DNA from: Thiolinea sp.
GTDB taxonomy: Bacteria > Pseudomonadota > Gammaproteobacteria > Thiotrichales > Thiotrichaceae
Length of the DNA: 64,000 bases
Assembly (NCBI GenBank): GCA_035391465.1
Contig: DAOPKY010000007.1
Span: 19,847 to 83,846, forward strand
Direction of reading: 5' to 3'
Shown here: one piece after another, positions 52,611 to 62,018 of the stretch
Position numbering within the stretch: position 1 is the first letter of the stretch
How the letters are laid out: each line of letters starts with the position of its first letter
The notes under the pieces: model-generated
What the model saw: only the letters and a program-made list of their open reading frames with translations
What the model was told of the DNA's origin: nothing
Databases searched by the model: none
Translations under genes and position numbers: made by a program

Positions 52611-54047
52611 ATGGGGCGTTTGCTGTGGATTGGTGTGGTTGGGTTGCTGATTGGGGCAGGTGGCCCGTTTGCCCGGGCTCAGGCGTCAGTGGAGGAGGCA
52701 AGCTCCCCGCAACTGGATTCTATTGTTGAGATTTTTTCCACTTCGACCATCTGGAGCCGCTATGAACCCTGGAATGCGGATTTCATGCGCAGTATGGGCT
52801 CCGGGTTTGTGGTGGAGGGTCGACAGATCCTGACCAATGCCCACGTAGTGGAAAATGCGGTTTTTATCGCCGTGCGTAATGACAACTCAACCCGCTTTCA
52901 TGAGGCCAGAGTCGCCTTCATTGCCCATGAGATTGACCTGGCGGTGCTGACGCTGGTGGATGAGGGTTTTTTCGCTGACAGGCAACCGCTGCCGCTGGGA
53001 GAGCTGCCGGCCCTGGAGCAGGAAGTGCACCTGTATGGCTATCCGGTGGGTGGGGAGCGGATGAGCATCACCAGGGGCATTGTGTCGCGCATCGAGTATC
53101 ACAACTATATCCACAGCAATATGGGCTTTCAGTCCATTCAGGTCGATGCCGCCATCAATGAGGGTAACAGTGGCGGGCCGGCCATGGTGGGTGGCAAGGT
53201 GGTGGGGGTAGCGGTGGAGACTGATCCGCTGCACGAAAACATCGGTTATGTGATCCCGGTGACGCTGGTGCGCCATTTTCTGGATGACCTCAAGGATGGC
53301 AGGCTGGATGGTTTTCCGTCTTTGCCGCTGGAGTTTCAGACGCTGTCCAACCCGGCCCAGAAGAAGCATTTCAGGCTCGCCGACAACCAGTCCGGTGTGC
53401 TCGTTACCACGATCTGTGCCGATACCGATACCGCCAACACCCTGAAACCGGGCGATATTCTCACTCACATTGATGGCCGGGCCATTGCCGACAACGGGCT
53501 GGTAAAACTGGATGAAACCCGCTCCATCAGCTTCCTGCATTTCGCCGATATTCACCAGCTGGATGATATTGTCCAGCTCGATATTGTACGTGACGGCGTG
53601 AGCATGACGCTGAATGTCAAGCTCAACACCGCCCAGAAATCAGTCCGGGATGAGGTGACGCCGCGCTATTTTATTTATGGCGGGTTTGTGTTTCTGGGCA
53701 CGGCCAATGACACTGGCTGCCGCGAGGTCGGCAGTGACGGCAGCACGGATGATGAGGCAGAAGCCGAAGATGAAGACACGGTGGAGCTGGTGAATGTCCT
53801 GCCGACCGTGGACAATATCGGGTTTCATGATGTGGCCCCCCTGACCCTGAAAAAGGTGAACGGTACCGACTTCAGCCGTTTCAGCGAGTTTCATTCCCTG
53901 GTCCGGAACGCCACCGGCAAGACGATCCTGATTGAGGATGAGGCGGGTTTCCAGTTCACCATCGACCGCCAGCGTGCCGAGAGTGCGGATGCCGAAGTCC
54001 TGAGAAACTACCGCATTGACCGTGCCGCTTCCGGGGGGCTGGAGTAG
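52611..54047 (+). CDS. Secreted trypsin-like serine protease (S1C/HtrA-like) with PDZ-like C-terminal region
   Basis: Start behind GGAGGGGGAG; signal peptide. Catalytic triad contexts TNAHVV, EIDLAVL and GNSGGPA. Confidence 0.85.
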   Translation: MGRLLWIGVVGLLIGAGGPFARAQASVEEASSPQLDSIVEIFSTSTIWSRYEPWNADFMRSMGSGFVVEGRQILTNAHVVENAVFIAVRNDNSTRFHEARVAFIAHEIDLAVLTLVDEGFFADRQPLPLGELPALEQEVHLYGYPVGGERMSITRGIVSRIEYHNYIHSNMGFQSIQVDAAINEGNSGGPAMVGGKVVGVAVETDPLHENIGYVIPVTLVRHFLDDLKDGRLDGFPSLPLEFQTLSNPAQKKHFRLADNQSGVLVTTICADTDTANTLKPGDILTHIDGRAIADNGLVKLDETRSISFLHFADIHQLDDIVQLDIVRDGVSMTLNVKLNTAQKSVRDEVTPRYFIYGGFVFLGTANDTGCREVGSDGSTDDEAEAEDEDTVELVNVLPTVDNIGFHDVAPLTLKKVNGTDFSRFSEFHSLVRNATGKTILIEDEAGFQFTIDRQRAESADAEVLRNYRIDRAASGGLE

Positions 54048-54055
54048 CGGGCTGC

Positions 54056-55831
54056 TTACAGCCCCGCTTCCTGCAGCCACATTTCCAGTGCGGCCATGTG
54101 CCAGAGCTTGCTGCCCTGAATACGGGTCAGGTGTTTTTCCGGTTCCGCCAGCACACGCTCGATATAAGCCTGCTCAAACAACCCGCGTTCACGGCAGCGC
54201 CGTGAGTCCAGCAGGGCGCGCATCATCTCCAGAAACTCCCCACGCACAAACTTGAGTGCCGGTACCGGGAAATAGCCTTTGGGCCGGTCGATCACGGCAT
54301 CCGGAACCAGGCCGCGGGCAATCTGCTTAAGCACGTATTTACCCCCGTCGCGCAGTTTCAGTTCCGGTGGCATGCGGGCTGCCAGCTCCACCAGCTCCTG
54401 GTCCAGGAACGGGACCCGTGCTTCCAGTCCCCAGGCCATGGTCATATTGTCTACACGCTTGACCGGATCATCGACAATGAACGTGGTCACATCGGCACGC
54501 AGCACCGCATCCAGGGTTTCCTCGGCATCCGGGCTTTCAAGCAGTTCGCGCACCAGTTCGCCGGTGAAGTCGCGGGTCTGGAAAGGCGGGGTGAGCATCT
54601 GCAGCATTTCATCATGCTCACGGTCGAAGTAATAGGGTGCCAGCCGCCTGAGCCGGTCGGGATTCTGATCAGCCTGGGCCTGCGGGTACCAGAAGTAACC
54701 GCCGAACACTTCATCTGCCCCCTGGCCGGACTGCACCACCTTGACATGCTGTGCCACCTGTTGGGACAGCAGGTAGAAACCGATGGCATCCTGCCCGAAC
54801 ATGGGCTCGGCCATCTGGCCCACCGCCTCCGGCAGGCGCAGCAGGGTCTGGTCATTGGGAATGTGGAACTTGTGGTGCCGGGTCTGGAAGCGTTCCACCA
54901 CTGCATCGGAGTATTCGTACTCGCTGCCCTTTTCTTCCGGCTGATCATCAAAGCCGATGGTGAAAGTACGGATGTCCGGAATCCCGATTTCGGCCAGCAA
55001 CCCGACCAGCAGGCTGGAATCCAGTCCACCGGAGAGCAGCACGCCAACCGGTACATCGGCAATCTGGTTGCGCCGCCGCACGGCGGTCTGCAGGGTCTGA
55101 TGCACCGCCTCGATCCACTCCCCTTCGCTGCGGGGCCGGGTCGGACGCCGGGCCACCAGATTCCAGTAGCATTTCAGCACCTCACGCCCGTCGGCGTGGA
55201 TGGTGAGTGAATGGGCCGGCTCCAGTTTGCGGATACCCCTGAGTACGGTACGTGGGGCCGGTACCACGGCATGCAGGGTGAACAGGTTGTGCAGCGCCAG
55301 AGGATCAAGGCCGGTGTCAATACCGGGCGTGGCCAGCAGGGCCTGGGTATTGGAGGCAAAGCGCAGGCGTTTGTCATCGCGGGTGTAGTAAAGCGGCTTG
55401 ATCCCCATCCGGTCACGTGCCAGAAACAGGGTACCGCTGCGCATGTCCCAGATTGCAAAGGCAAACATGCCCAGCAGGTGCGATGGCGCTGCCTCACCCC
55501 ATTCGGCATAGGCTTTGAGGATGACCTCGGTATCCCCGCCGGAGAAGAAATGATGGCCTTTGGCCTGCAGCTCGGCCCGCAGTTCCGGATGGTTGTAGAT
55601 GGTGCCGTTGAAGACAATGGCCAGTCCCGACTCGGCATCGACCATCGGCTGGTTGGACTGGTAAGACAGGTCGATAATGGACAGACGCCGGTGTCCGAAG
55701 GCCAGTCGGCCATCGGAAAAACTGCCGATATGATCCGGACCGCGTCGCGCCAGTTTTGCCATCATGGCATTCAGGTGTTGCAGTTGCGGAAGCTGGTCAT
55801 CCAGCCGCAGTTCACCACAGATTCCACACAT
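54056..55831 (-). CDS. asnB: Asparagine synthase (glutamine-hydrolysing)
   Basis: N-terminal nucleophile MCGICG; SGGLDSS PP-loop motif; 591 aa. Confidence 0.95.
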   Translation of the reverse strand: MCGICGELRLDDQLPQLQHLNAMMAKLARRGPDHIGSFSDGRLAFGHRRLSIIDLSYQSNQPMVDAESGLAIVFNGTIYNHPELRAELQAKGHHFFSGGDTEVILKAYAEWGEAAPSHLLGMFAFAIWDMRSGTLFLARDRMGIKPLYYTRDDKRLRFASNTQALLATPGIDTGLDPLALHNLFTLHAVVPAPRTVLRGIRKLEPAHSLTIHADGREVLKCYWNLVARRPTRPRSEGEWIEAVHQTLQTAVRRRNQIADVPVGVLLSGGLDSSLLVGLLAEIGIPDIRTFTIGFDDQPEEKGSEYEYSDAVVERFQTRHHKFHIPNDQTLLRLPEAVGQMAEPMFGQDAIGFYLLSQQVAQHVKVVQSGQGADEVFGGYFWYPQAQADQNPDRLRRLAPYYFDREHDEMLQMLTPPFQTRDFTGELVRELLESPDAEETLDAVLRADVTTFIVDDPVKRVDNMTMAWGLEARVPFLDQELVELAARMPPELKLRDGGKYVLKQIARGLVPDAVIDRPKGYFPVPALKFVRGEFLEMMRALLDSRRCRERGLFEQAYIERVLAEPEKHLTRIQGSKLWHMAALEMWLQEAGL

Positions 55832-56052
55832 GTTTGTTTGCCTGTTTATGTCTGATTTTGAGTCGTGGGCGAATTATGACAAATCTTGCAGGGGAAGTTC
55901 TAATTTCCTGCCAGGGCTTCCCGATTCGGACAGCGGTTTTCTCGGTTTTCCAGCTGCTTTTCCGGGGTCATCCGTACGCCACCGGCTTTGCAAACTTGTG
56001 CGCTGCAGCATTGCGCTTTATGCTGTCGGTTTTCCACCTCAGGAGCCGCGTT

Positions 56053-57258
56053 GTGATTGATACCGGTACCCGTGCTTTCTGGCAGGCCACTCTGGCTTTG
56101 TGCATCGGCTCTTTCATGATCTTCGCCAATGTCTATATCACCCAGCCACTGCTGCCCATGATTGCACACCATTTCAGCATTGGTACCATTGAGGCGGGCT
56201 GGAGCTTTACCATCACGACCCTGACGCTCGGGATTGCGCTGCTGTTTTACGGCCCGCTCTCGGATGCCCTGGGGCGGCGGCGTCTCATGGTCTGGAGCAT
56301 GGCCGGGGCCTGTGTGTTGACCCTGCTATTGAGTCAGGTGGCGGATTTCACCTCCCTGGTGTTGCTGCGTGCGTTGCAGGGAGCCTGTCTGGCGGGCCTG
56401 CCGGCGATTGCGATTGCCTATATGGGGGATGAATTCAGCCGCAAGGCCCTGTCGGTGGCAGTGGGTTTTTATATTGCAGGCAATACCCTGGGCGGCATCA
56501 GCGGGCGGCTGGTAGGCGGATTTGTCGGTGACTGGCTGGGTTGGCAGGCGGCATTTCTGGTCATGGGCATGATCAGTGTGGTGATCGTGATCCTGTTTGC
56601 GCGCTGGCTGCCGCCCTCGCAGCAGTTCCGGCCCCGGTCGGCGAATCCGCGCCTGATGCTGCGTGACCTGGGCGGACACCTGAGCAACCCGGTGCTGGTG
56701 GTGGCCTATCTGGTGGGTGGCGTCAACTTCATGGCCTTTATCACCCAGTACAGCTACATCACCTTTGTGCTGGCGGATGCGCCTTATCAGCTCTCCAGCC
56801 GTTTTCTGGGCCTGCTGTTTCTGACCTACCTGAGCGGTACGCTGGCTTCCAGCCTGTCCGGACGGATCAATGCGCACCTGACCCCGGCGGTTTCCATTCT
56901 GTGCGGAACAGTCCTGATTGCCTGTGGTTCAGCCCTGACACTGGCAGGTGGGTTGGGCATGATTATCACCGGTTTTCTGGTCAACAGCTTCGGCTTTTTT
57001 CTGGCCCATTCGACCCTGAGTGGCTGGGTCAGCCGGCATGCACAGCAGGCCCGTGCCAGCGCCTCGTCCCTCTATCTGGTGGCCTACTACCTGTGCGGCA
57101 GTTTCGGCGGGCTGGTGCTGGAGCCGTTCTGGCAGTGGCAGGGCTGGAGCGGTGTGGTCGTTGGTGTCTGGCTGCTGCTGGGGCTGACGCTGGCCGGCGG
57201 AGCTTACCTGTTGCGCTGGCAGCGGCGGGAACAGGCTGCGGATCAGGCTCGGGAATAA
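56053..57258 (+). CDS. MFS transporter (YnfM-like)
   Basis: 12-TM MFS-like protein. Start proposed at GTG 56053, 7 nt after AGGAG (56041-56045). The earlier part of the track ORF overlaps asnB and is not MFS-like. Confidence 0.78.
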   Translation: MIDTGTRAFWQATLALCIGSFMIFANVYITQPLLPMIAHHFSIGTIEAGWSFTITTLTLGIALLFYGPLSDALGRRRLMVWSMAGACVLTLLLSQVADFTSLVLLRALQGACLAGLPAIAIAYMGDEFSRKALSVAVGFYIAGNTLGGISGRLVGGFVGDWLGWQAAFLVMGMISVVIVILFARWLPPSQQFRPRSANPRLMLRDLGGHLSNPVLVVAYLVGGVNFMAFITQYSYITFVLADAPYQLSSRFLGLLFLTYLSGTLASSLSGRINAHLTPAVSILCGTVLIACGSALTLAGGLGMIITGFLVNSFGFFLAHSTLSGWVSRHAQQARASASSLYLVAYYLCGSFGGLVLEPFWQWQGWSGVVVGVWLLLGLTLAGGAYLLRWQRREQAADQARE

Positions 57259-57320
57259 GAAGGTCGGCAGGGTACGGCAGGGACAGCCGGTTGGTGACCT
57301 GTGTCCCCGCCGCGCCCGGA

Positions 57321-58259
57321 TCAGGCTCCGAGTGGCTCGGTTTCCATCCGTTCCTGGGGCAGAATGGCACGGTGCCGGGCCAGCAGGGCGGCCAGTGTAA
57401 TCAGGATTGCGCCTCCAGCCTGTGGCATGCTGATGGTGGTACCGAAAGCCAGGTAGTTGACGGCCAGCGCAGCAACCGGGAAGAACAACTCGGCCAGGGT
57501 GGCGATATGGGCCGGTACCTGCTTGAGGCCGTAATAATAGGCACTCATCCCCAATATCCCCGCCAGTAGCGCCAGCAGGGCAATACTGCCCAGGTGTACC
57601 GGTGGCACGGCCAGTGCCGTCGGCTCCAGCAGCAGGGCCAGCAGCGTCAGGGTCAGCAGGGCGGCACCAAAGCGGGCCAGCAGTGTCCGGGCATTGCTGT
57701 AGCCGTTATTGAGCAGGCGCTTGCCAAAGACGGTGGCCAGCCCCCAGGCCGTCACGGCAAGGAAGATCAGGCCATAGCCGATCCAGGCACTGGCCGCATC
57801 ACCATAGCCGTGCCAGGTTTCCACGCGGGTCAGGGCCAGCAGGTCCGGCCCCATCATGATTAGGGCTCCTGTAATCCCGAGCAGGGCCAGGCCGCCGAAA
57901 TCCCGGCTCCAGCGCTCACCCAGAATCCAGCGGGCAGCAAAGATGGCCACCAGTGGCTGCAGTTTCTGCAGCAGGATGACCACTGTCGGGTTGTGGTAGG
58001 CAAAAGCGGCAGTGAAAGCCAGGGTGCCGATGGCAGAGCCGAAGCCGCCGACCATGAAGATATTGAGCCGGTTGCCCTGCAATGGCAGAACCCAGCCACC
58101 GTGGCGCCGAAGGTACAGCAGCATGGCGAGTACCAGAAAAACGTGCTCGAACAGCACAATCTGCAGCGCTGGTACACCGGCCTGCATGAGTGGATAACGG
58201 ATCAGGGTGTCCAGCGCCCACAGGCTGCTGGCAAGAAATATGGAAAAAATACCGAACAT
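57321..58259 (-). CDS. EamA/DMT-family transporter
   Basis: About 10 TM helices in two EamA-like halves; start at MFGIFSIFLASSLWALD. Confidence 0.85.
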   Translation of the reverse strand: MFGIFSIFLASSLWALDTLIRYPLMQAGVPALQIVLFEHVFLVLAMLLYLRRHGGWVLPLQGNRLNIFMVGGFGSAIGTLAFTAAFAYHNPTVVILLQKLQPLVAIFAARWILGERWSRDFGGLALLGITGALIMMGPDLLALTRVETWHGYGDAASAWIGYGLIFLAVTAWGLATVFGKRLLNNGYSNARTLLARFGAALLTLTLLALLLEPTALAVPPVHLGSIALLALLAGILGMSAYYYGLKQVPAHIATLAELFFPVAALAVNYLAFGTTISMPQAGGAILITLAALLARHRAILPQERMETEPLGA

Positions 58260-58399
58260 GGCTGTCTTCCTGTAACAAGTCAAAAAGACAGGGCAGACGA
58301 ACGGGCGGCTCTGCATGGGGATTCTGGCCAGGGTAATGGGTAAATATGCACTGGCCCGCCAGTCAGGCCCGTGCCAAAGGCAGACAAGGGCTGTTTAGG

Positions 58400-58640
58400 G
58401 TATAAAAACCGCCGCTACGACTTCTTTCATCCGGACTGTAACCGTCGGCTCTGGATTTGGACCAGATCTGCTGACCTTCCGGCAGGCCGGAAGCGCTCGT
58501 GGGCTTGGGGACAGGCCCCCTTACCACCGGTGGGGAATTACGCCCCGCCCTGAAGTACGAAGGCGGGACAGTAGCAACAAGTGGCGGGTCTGGCAAGAGA
58601 CCCGCCGGAAGGCAGGGCCGGGTGCTGCAAGACACCCGTG
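58400..58640. other. ORF-free GC-rich spacer packed with short perfect hairpins (candidate structured RNA or REP-like cluster)
   Basis: At least 7 stem-loops read directly: 58450-58466, 58476-58493, 58507-58520, 58524-58533 (palindrome), 58544-58567, 58584-58605 and 58619-58638. The ORFs in all frames are low-complexity shadow frames. Confidence 0.4.
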
Positions 58641-58660
58641 TACCGCAGGAGGGACCGGTC

Positions 58661-60367
58661 TCAGGAGGCAGCCTGACGGGGTGCCTGCTCCGGCTGCTCG
58701 GCAGTCTGGGACCGGGCAACCGCATGATGGCTGCGTGAGAAGGCCGTCAGTACCGCCTGCAGGGCTGCCGTGGAAATGTCGCCACTGGTGGCCACGGCAG
58801 CAATCACCTGATCATCGGCCTGCAGCTCGACACAGGCCAGGGCCTGGGCCGTTGTCCCGACCGACAGCGAGTTTTCATCGAACTGGGTCACTTCCGGACG
58901 CACGCCGGTATGACGGCCCAACGCATCGCACAGTGCCTCCACCACGCCATGTCCCTGTCCGTGCAGTGGCTGGTTATTGTCACCAATCACGAAATCAGCC
59001 TGGACTTCCTTGCCGTGGGCACGCAGTTCATAGTGTGACAGGGTCCATTCGGAAGGTGCGTAGTTGAAGTGCTGCTCATACAGCGACTTGATACGCAGTG
59101 AGGGGACTTCCTTGCCGGTGGTTTCCGAAACTTTCTGCACTACTCGGCTCAGGTGCCCGTGCATCCATTTGGGCAGGTTGATACCGTAGTCACGCTCCAG
59201 AATCAGTGCCACACCGCCTTTGCCGCTCTGGCTGTTGATGCGCACCACGGCTTCATACTGGCGACCCAGATCACGCGGGTCGATCGGCAGGTAGGCCACT
59301 TCCCAGTGCGGAAGCCGGTATTCGCTGTGGTACTTGATCGATTTGCGGATGGCGTCCTGATGGCTGCCGGAGAAGGCGGTATAGACCAGTTCACCGGCCC
59401 AGGGGTGACGCGGGTGCACTTCCAGCTCGGTGCACTCCTCCACGATATTGATGATTTCGCGGATATTGGAAAAGTCGAGCCTGGGGTCAATACCCTGGGA
59501 ATACAGGTTCATGCCCATGGTCACGATGTCGGTATTGCCGGTGCGTTCGCCGTTGCCCATCAGGGTGCCTTCCACCCGGTCAGCCCCGGCCATCAGGCCC
59601 AGCTCGGCAGCGGCTACCGCACAGCCCCGGTCATTGTGGGTGTGCAGGCTGATGCGCACGTGATCACGCAGTTTGAGGTGACGGCAGAACCATTCCACCT
59701 GATCCGCGAAAATATTGGGTGTGGACATCTCCACCGTGGAGGGCAGGTTGATAATGGCTTTCTGGCCATGCTGCGGTTGCCATACATCCAGCACGGCATC
59801 GGAAACTTCGACGGCGAAGTCCAGCTCGGTTCCGGTGAAGCTTTCCGGTGAGTACTGGAAGGTCCAGTCGGTATCCGGGTATTTGCGGGCCTCTTCCTGT
59901 AACCAGCGTGCGCCCTGGACGGCAATATCGCGGATACCGGCACGGTTCATGCCGAAGACCTGCTCGCGCTGTACCGTCGAGGTGGAGTTGTAGACGTGTA
60001 CAATGGCTTTTCTGACACCAACCAGTGCCTCAAAACTGCGTTCGATCAGCTCCTTGCGGGCCTGGGTCAGAATCTGGACCGTGACATCATCCGGAATCAG
60101 TCCGTCATCCACCAGTTTGCGCAGGAAGTCGTATTCGGTCTGGGAGGCTGCCGGAAAGCCGATTTCAATTTCCTTGAACCCGAGCCGGACCAGCAGCTGG
60201 AACATGCGGGCCTTTTTTTCAATGGACATGGGATTGATCAGGGCCTGATTGCCATCGCGCAGGTCAACACTGCACCAGCCCGGAGCGGTGGTGATCACGT
60301 GGTCAGGCCACTGGCGGTCCTTGAGGCCGACAGGCTGAAAGGCACGGTATTTGGTATGGTCAAACAT
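58661..60367 (-). CDS. leuA: 2-isopropylmalate synthase (long LeuA type)
   Basis: Start at MFDHTKYRAFQPVGLKDRQWPD...WCSVDLRDGNQ; HxH motif region LHTHNDRG. Confidence 0.95.
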   Translation of the reverse strand: MFDHTKYRAFQPVGLKDRQWPDHVITTAPGWCSVDLRDGNQALINPMSIEKKARMFQLLVRLGFKEIEIGFPAASQTEYDFLRKLVDDGLIPDDVTVQILTQARKELIERSFEALVGVRKAIVHVYNSTSTVQREQVFGMNRAGIRDIAVQGARWLQEEARKYPDTDWTFQYSPESFTGTELDFAVEVSDAVLDVWQPQHGQKAIINLPSTVEMSTPNIFADQVEWFCRHLKLRDHVRISLHTHNDRGCAVAAAELGLMAGADRVEGTLMGNGERTGNTDIVTMGMNLYSQGIDPRLDFSNIREIINIVEECTELEVHPRHPWAGELVYTAFSGSHQDAIRKSIKYHSEYRLPHWEVAYLPIDPRDLGRQYEAVVRINSQSGKGGVALILERDYGINLPKWMHGHLSRVVQKVSETTGKEVPSLRIKSLYEQHFNYAPSEWTLSHYELRAHGKEVQADFVIGDNNQPLHGQGHGVVEALCDALGRHTGVRPEVTQFDENSLSVGTTAQALACVELQADDQVIAAVATSGDISTAALQAVLTAFSRSHHAVARSQTAEQPEQAPRQAAS

Positions 60368-60519
60368 GGCTCGATTTCCCTTTAATCGGTGTATGCGGCT
60401 TATCATACGCGGGTTGGTGCGCAATAACCTGTTTATTACCGCTGATTTTGCTTGGGTCTCGCAATAGTCTGGCGCAGAATGCCGTTCTGGTTCAGAAAAA
60501 TTGCGTGACAAGCTGATTT

Positions 60520-61020
60520 ATGGAAACGACAGTGAAGTTTGACCGTTTCGACCTGCGGATTCTGGCAATCCTGCAGGAGAATGGGGCCATCGCCAATCAG
60601 GAGCTGGCCGAGCAGGTTGGCCTGACGGCAGCGCCCTGTTCCCGGCGTGTCCGGCAGCTGGAGGAGCTGGGGGTGATCCGTCGCCGTATTACCCGGCTGG
60701 ATGAGCAGCGGATCAACCTGCACCTGACCGTGATTCTGCTGGTGAGCATGGACAAGCATGTGAGTGAACGTTTCGAGGTGTTTGAGCAGGCGATCCGCGA
60801 GATTCCCGAGGTGGTGGAGTGTTATCTGGTGGCAGGCAATCATTCGGATTATCAGCTCAAGATTCTGGTTCCGAATATGGAGCGTTATCATGAGCTGCTG
60901 CTGGGGAGCATCACCCGCATTCCCGGTGTATCCGGGGTGCAATCCTCGTTTGTGCTCAACAAGATTGTCGATACCACGGCCTTGCCGCTGACATACGTGG
61001 GGGGCGGACCGGGGCGTTAA
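60520..61020 (+). CDS. lrp: Lrp/AsnC-family transcriptional regulator
   Basis: FDLRILAILQENGAIANQELAEQVGLTAAPCSRRVRQLEELGVI HTH plus a C-terminal RAM-type domain; divergent from leuA. Confidence 0.9.
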   Translation: METTVKFDRFDLRILAILQENGAIANQELAEQVGLTAAPCSRRVRQLEELGVIRRRITRLDEQRINLHLTVILLVSMDKHVSERFEVFEQAIREIPEVVECYLVAGNHSDYQLKILVPNMERYHELLLGSITRIPGVSGVQSSFVLNKIVDTTALPLTYVGGGPGR

Positions 61021-61225
61021 CGGTATTTTTCGTACAGGCTTGCGGGTGAGTGCTCGAACAGCTCGCGGATTTTGTATTTCGCTGCGCTGATGGAGGCAAC
61101 ATCAATGACACCCTTCCATCCGGTACTCGGTCCGTTTTTGGAGGGTTGTGTTATTCTTGTTGCAGAGAAACAACAAAAACCCCGAAGAGAGTCAAAATAA
61201 TGAATACAAGACGATCCCCCTGCCC

Positions 61226-61807
61226 ATGGCCTGTTCGGCCAGCATTTTTGTTCTGAGCCTGTTCTGCAGTCATGCTGCACTGGCTGAAGGTGCGCACAGC
61301 TATAATTATATTGATGGTGAGTTCAGCTTTTATGATGAGGAGGGGCCTGATTATGGCCTCAGCATGAAATTCTCGCGTGACCTGACCCCCTCTGCCAACG
61401 TATTGCTGGGTATCGAAAATTATGATGATGATATTTCCCTGACCATACTGCGGGGTGGATTGGGGGTGCATACCCCTATTGCACCGACAACAGACCTGTA
61501 TGGTGAAATCGGTTTGCAGTGGATGTACGCTTCCACCGATATCCACTACGGACCTTTCAGACAATCCGTTTCGGAGGAGGATATCGGTTATAACCTCGGG
61601 CTGGGCATCCGTCACAAGCTGACCCCGGAGTTTGAACTCAATGCCAAGGCGGAATACCGGGCGTTTGATGAAGGTAACGTCGAAGGTGCCATCTACAGCG
61701 TTGGTGGTCGTGCCTATCTGAATGAAAACTGGTCTGCCGGAGCCAGTTATCGCAATGATGATGAACTCGACTCCTACGGTATCAGCCTGCGCCACGATAT
61801 CCTCTGA
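61226..61807 (+). CDS. Small outer-membrane beta-barrel-like protein (start uncertain)
   Basis: MACSASIFVLSLFCSHAALA signal-like N-terminus, then alternating aromatic/Gly beta-strand patterns (YNYIDGEFSF, GLGVHTPI, GYNLGLGIRHKL, YSVGGRAYL). No good RBS; see the homopolymer finding. Confidence 0.55.
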   Translation: MACSASIFVLSLFCSHAALAEGAHSYNYIDGEFSFYDEEGPDYGLSMKFSRDLTPSANVLLGIENYDDDISLTILRGGLGVHTPIAPTTDLYGEIGLQWMYASTDIHYGPFRQSVSEEDIGYNLGLGIRHKLTPEFELNAKAEYRAFDEGNVEGAIYSVGGRAYLNENWSAGASYRNDDELDSYGISLRHDIL

Positions 61808-62018
61808 ACCGGCTGCCTGCGCCGCCCGGCCGGACTTTCCGTGCTGACCGGGTTTTCTGAAAAAATACCGGCAGACAGGGCTGCACACCAAATATATCCG
61901 TTTTTGCGGGCAGTGGCAGCATTAACATTTTCGTCAAATACTGGTGCAGCAGGCGACAGCCTGATATTGTCCCTGCGCGCCCGGGCCTTGCCTGGGTGGT
62001 GTTTTACGGAAAATATGC

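Noticed and set aside
58260-58660. Identification of the hairpin-rich spacer as RNase P RNA, tmRNA, SRP/4.5S RNA, 6S RNA, a cobalamin or TPP riboswitch, or a tRNA (there is a T-arm-like TCTGG-TCCAAAT-CCAGA on the minus strand).
   Set aside because: The universally conserved cores are absent or out of order: GGAAAGUCC / ACAGAACCCGGCUUA for RNase P, the tRNA-like ends for tmRNA, the B12 box in the right order, and the TPP CUGAGA/ACCUGAUCUGGAUAAUGCCAGCG core. No matching acceptor stem exists for the T-arm-like hairpin. The region is kept only as an unassigned structured region.
61017-61280. Minus-strand 87-aa ORF whose C-terminus (...VIDVASISAAKYKIRELFEHSPASLYEKYR*) faintly resembles the last helix-turn-helix of AraC-family regulators; possible gene remnant.
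   Set aside because: The similarity is limited to about 25 residues. The N-terminal part is low-complexity and overlaps the OMP gene start, and no start/RBS is supported. I cannot substantiate it without a database search.
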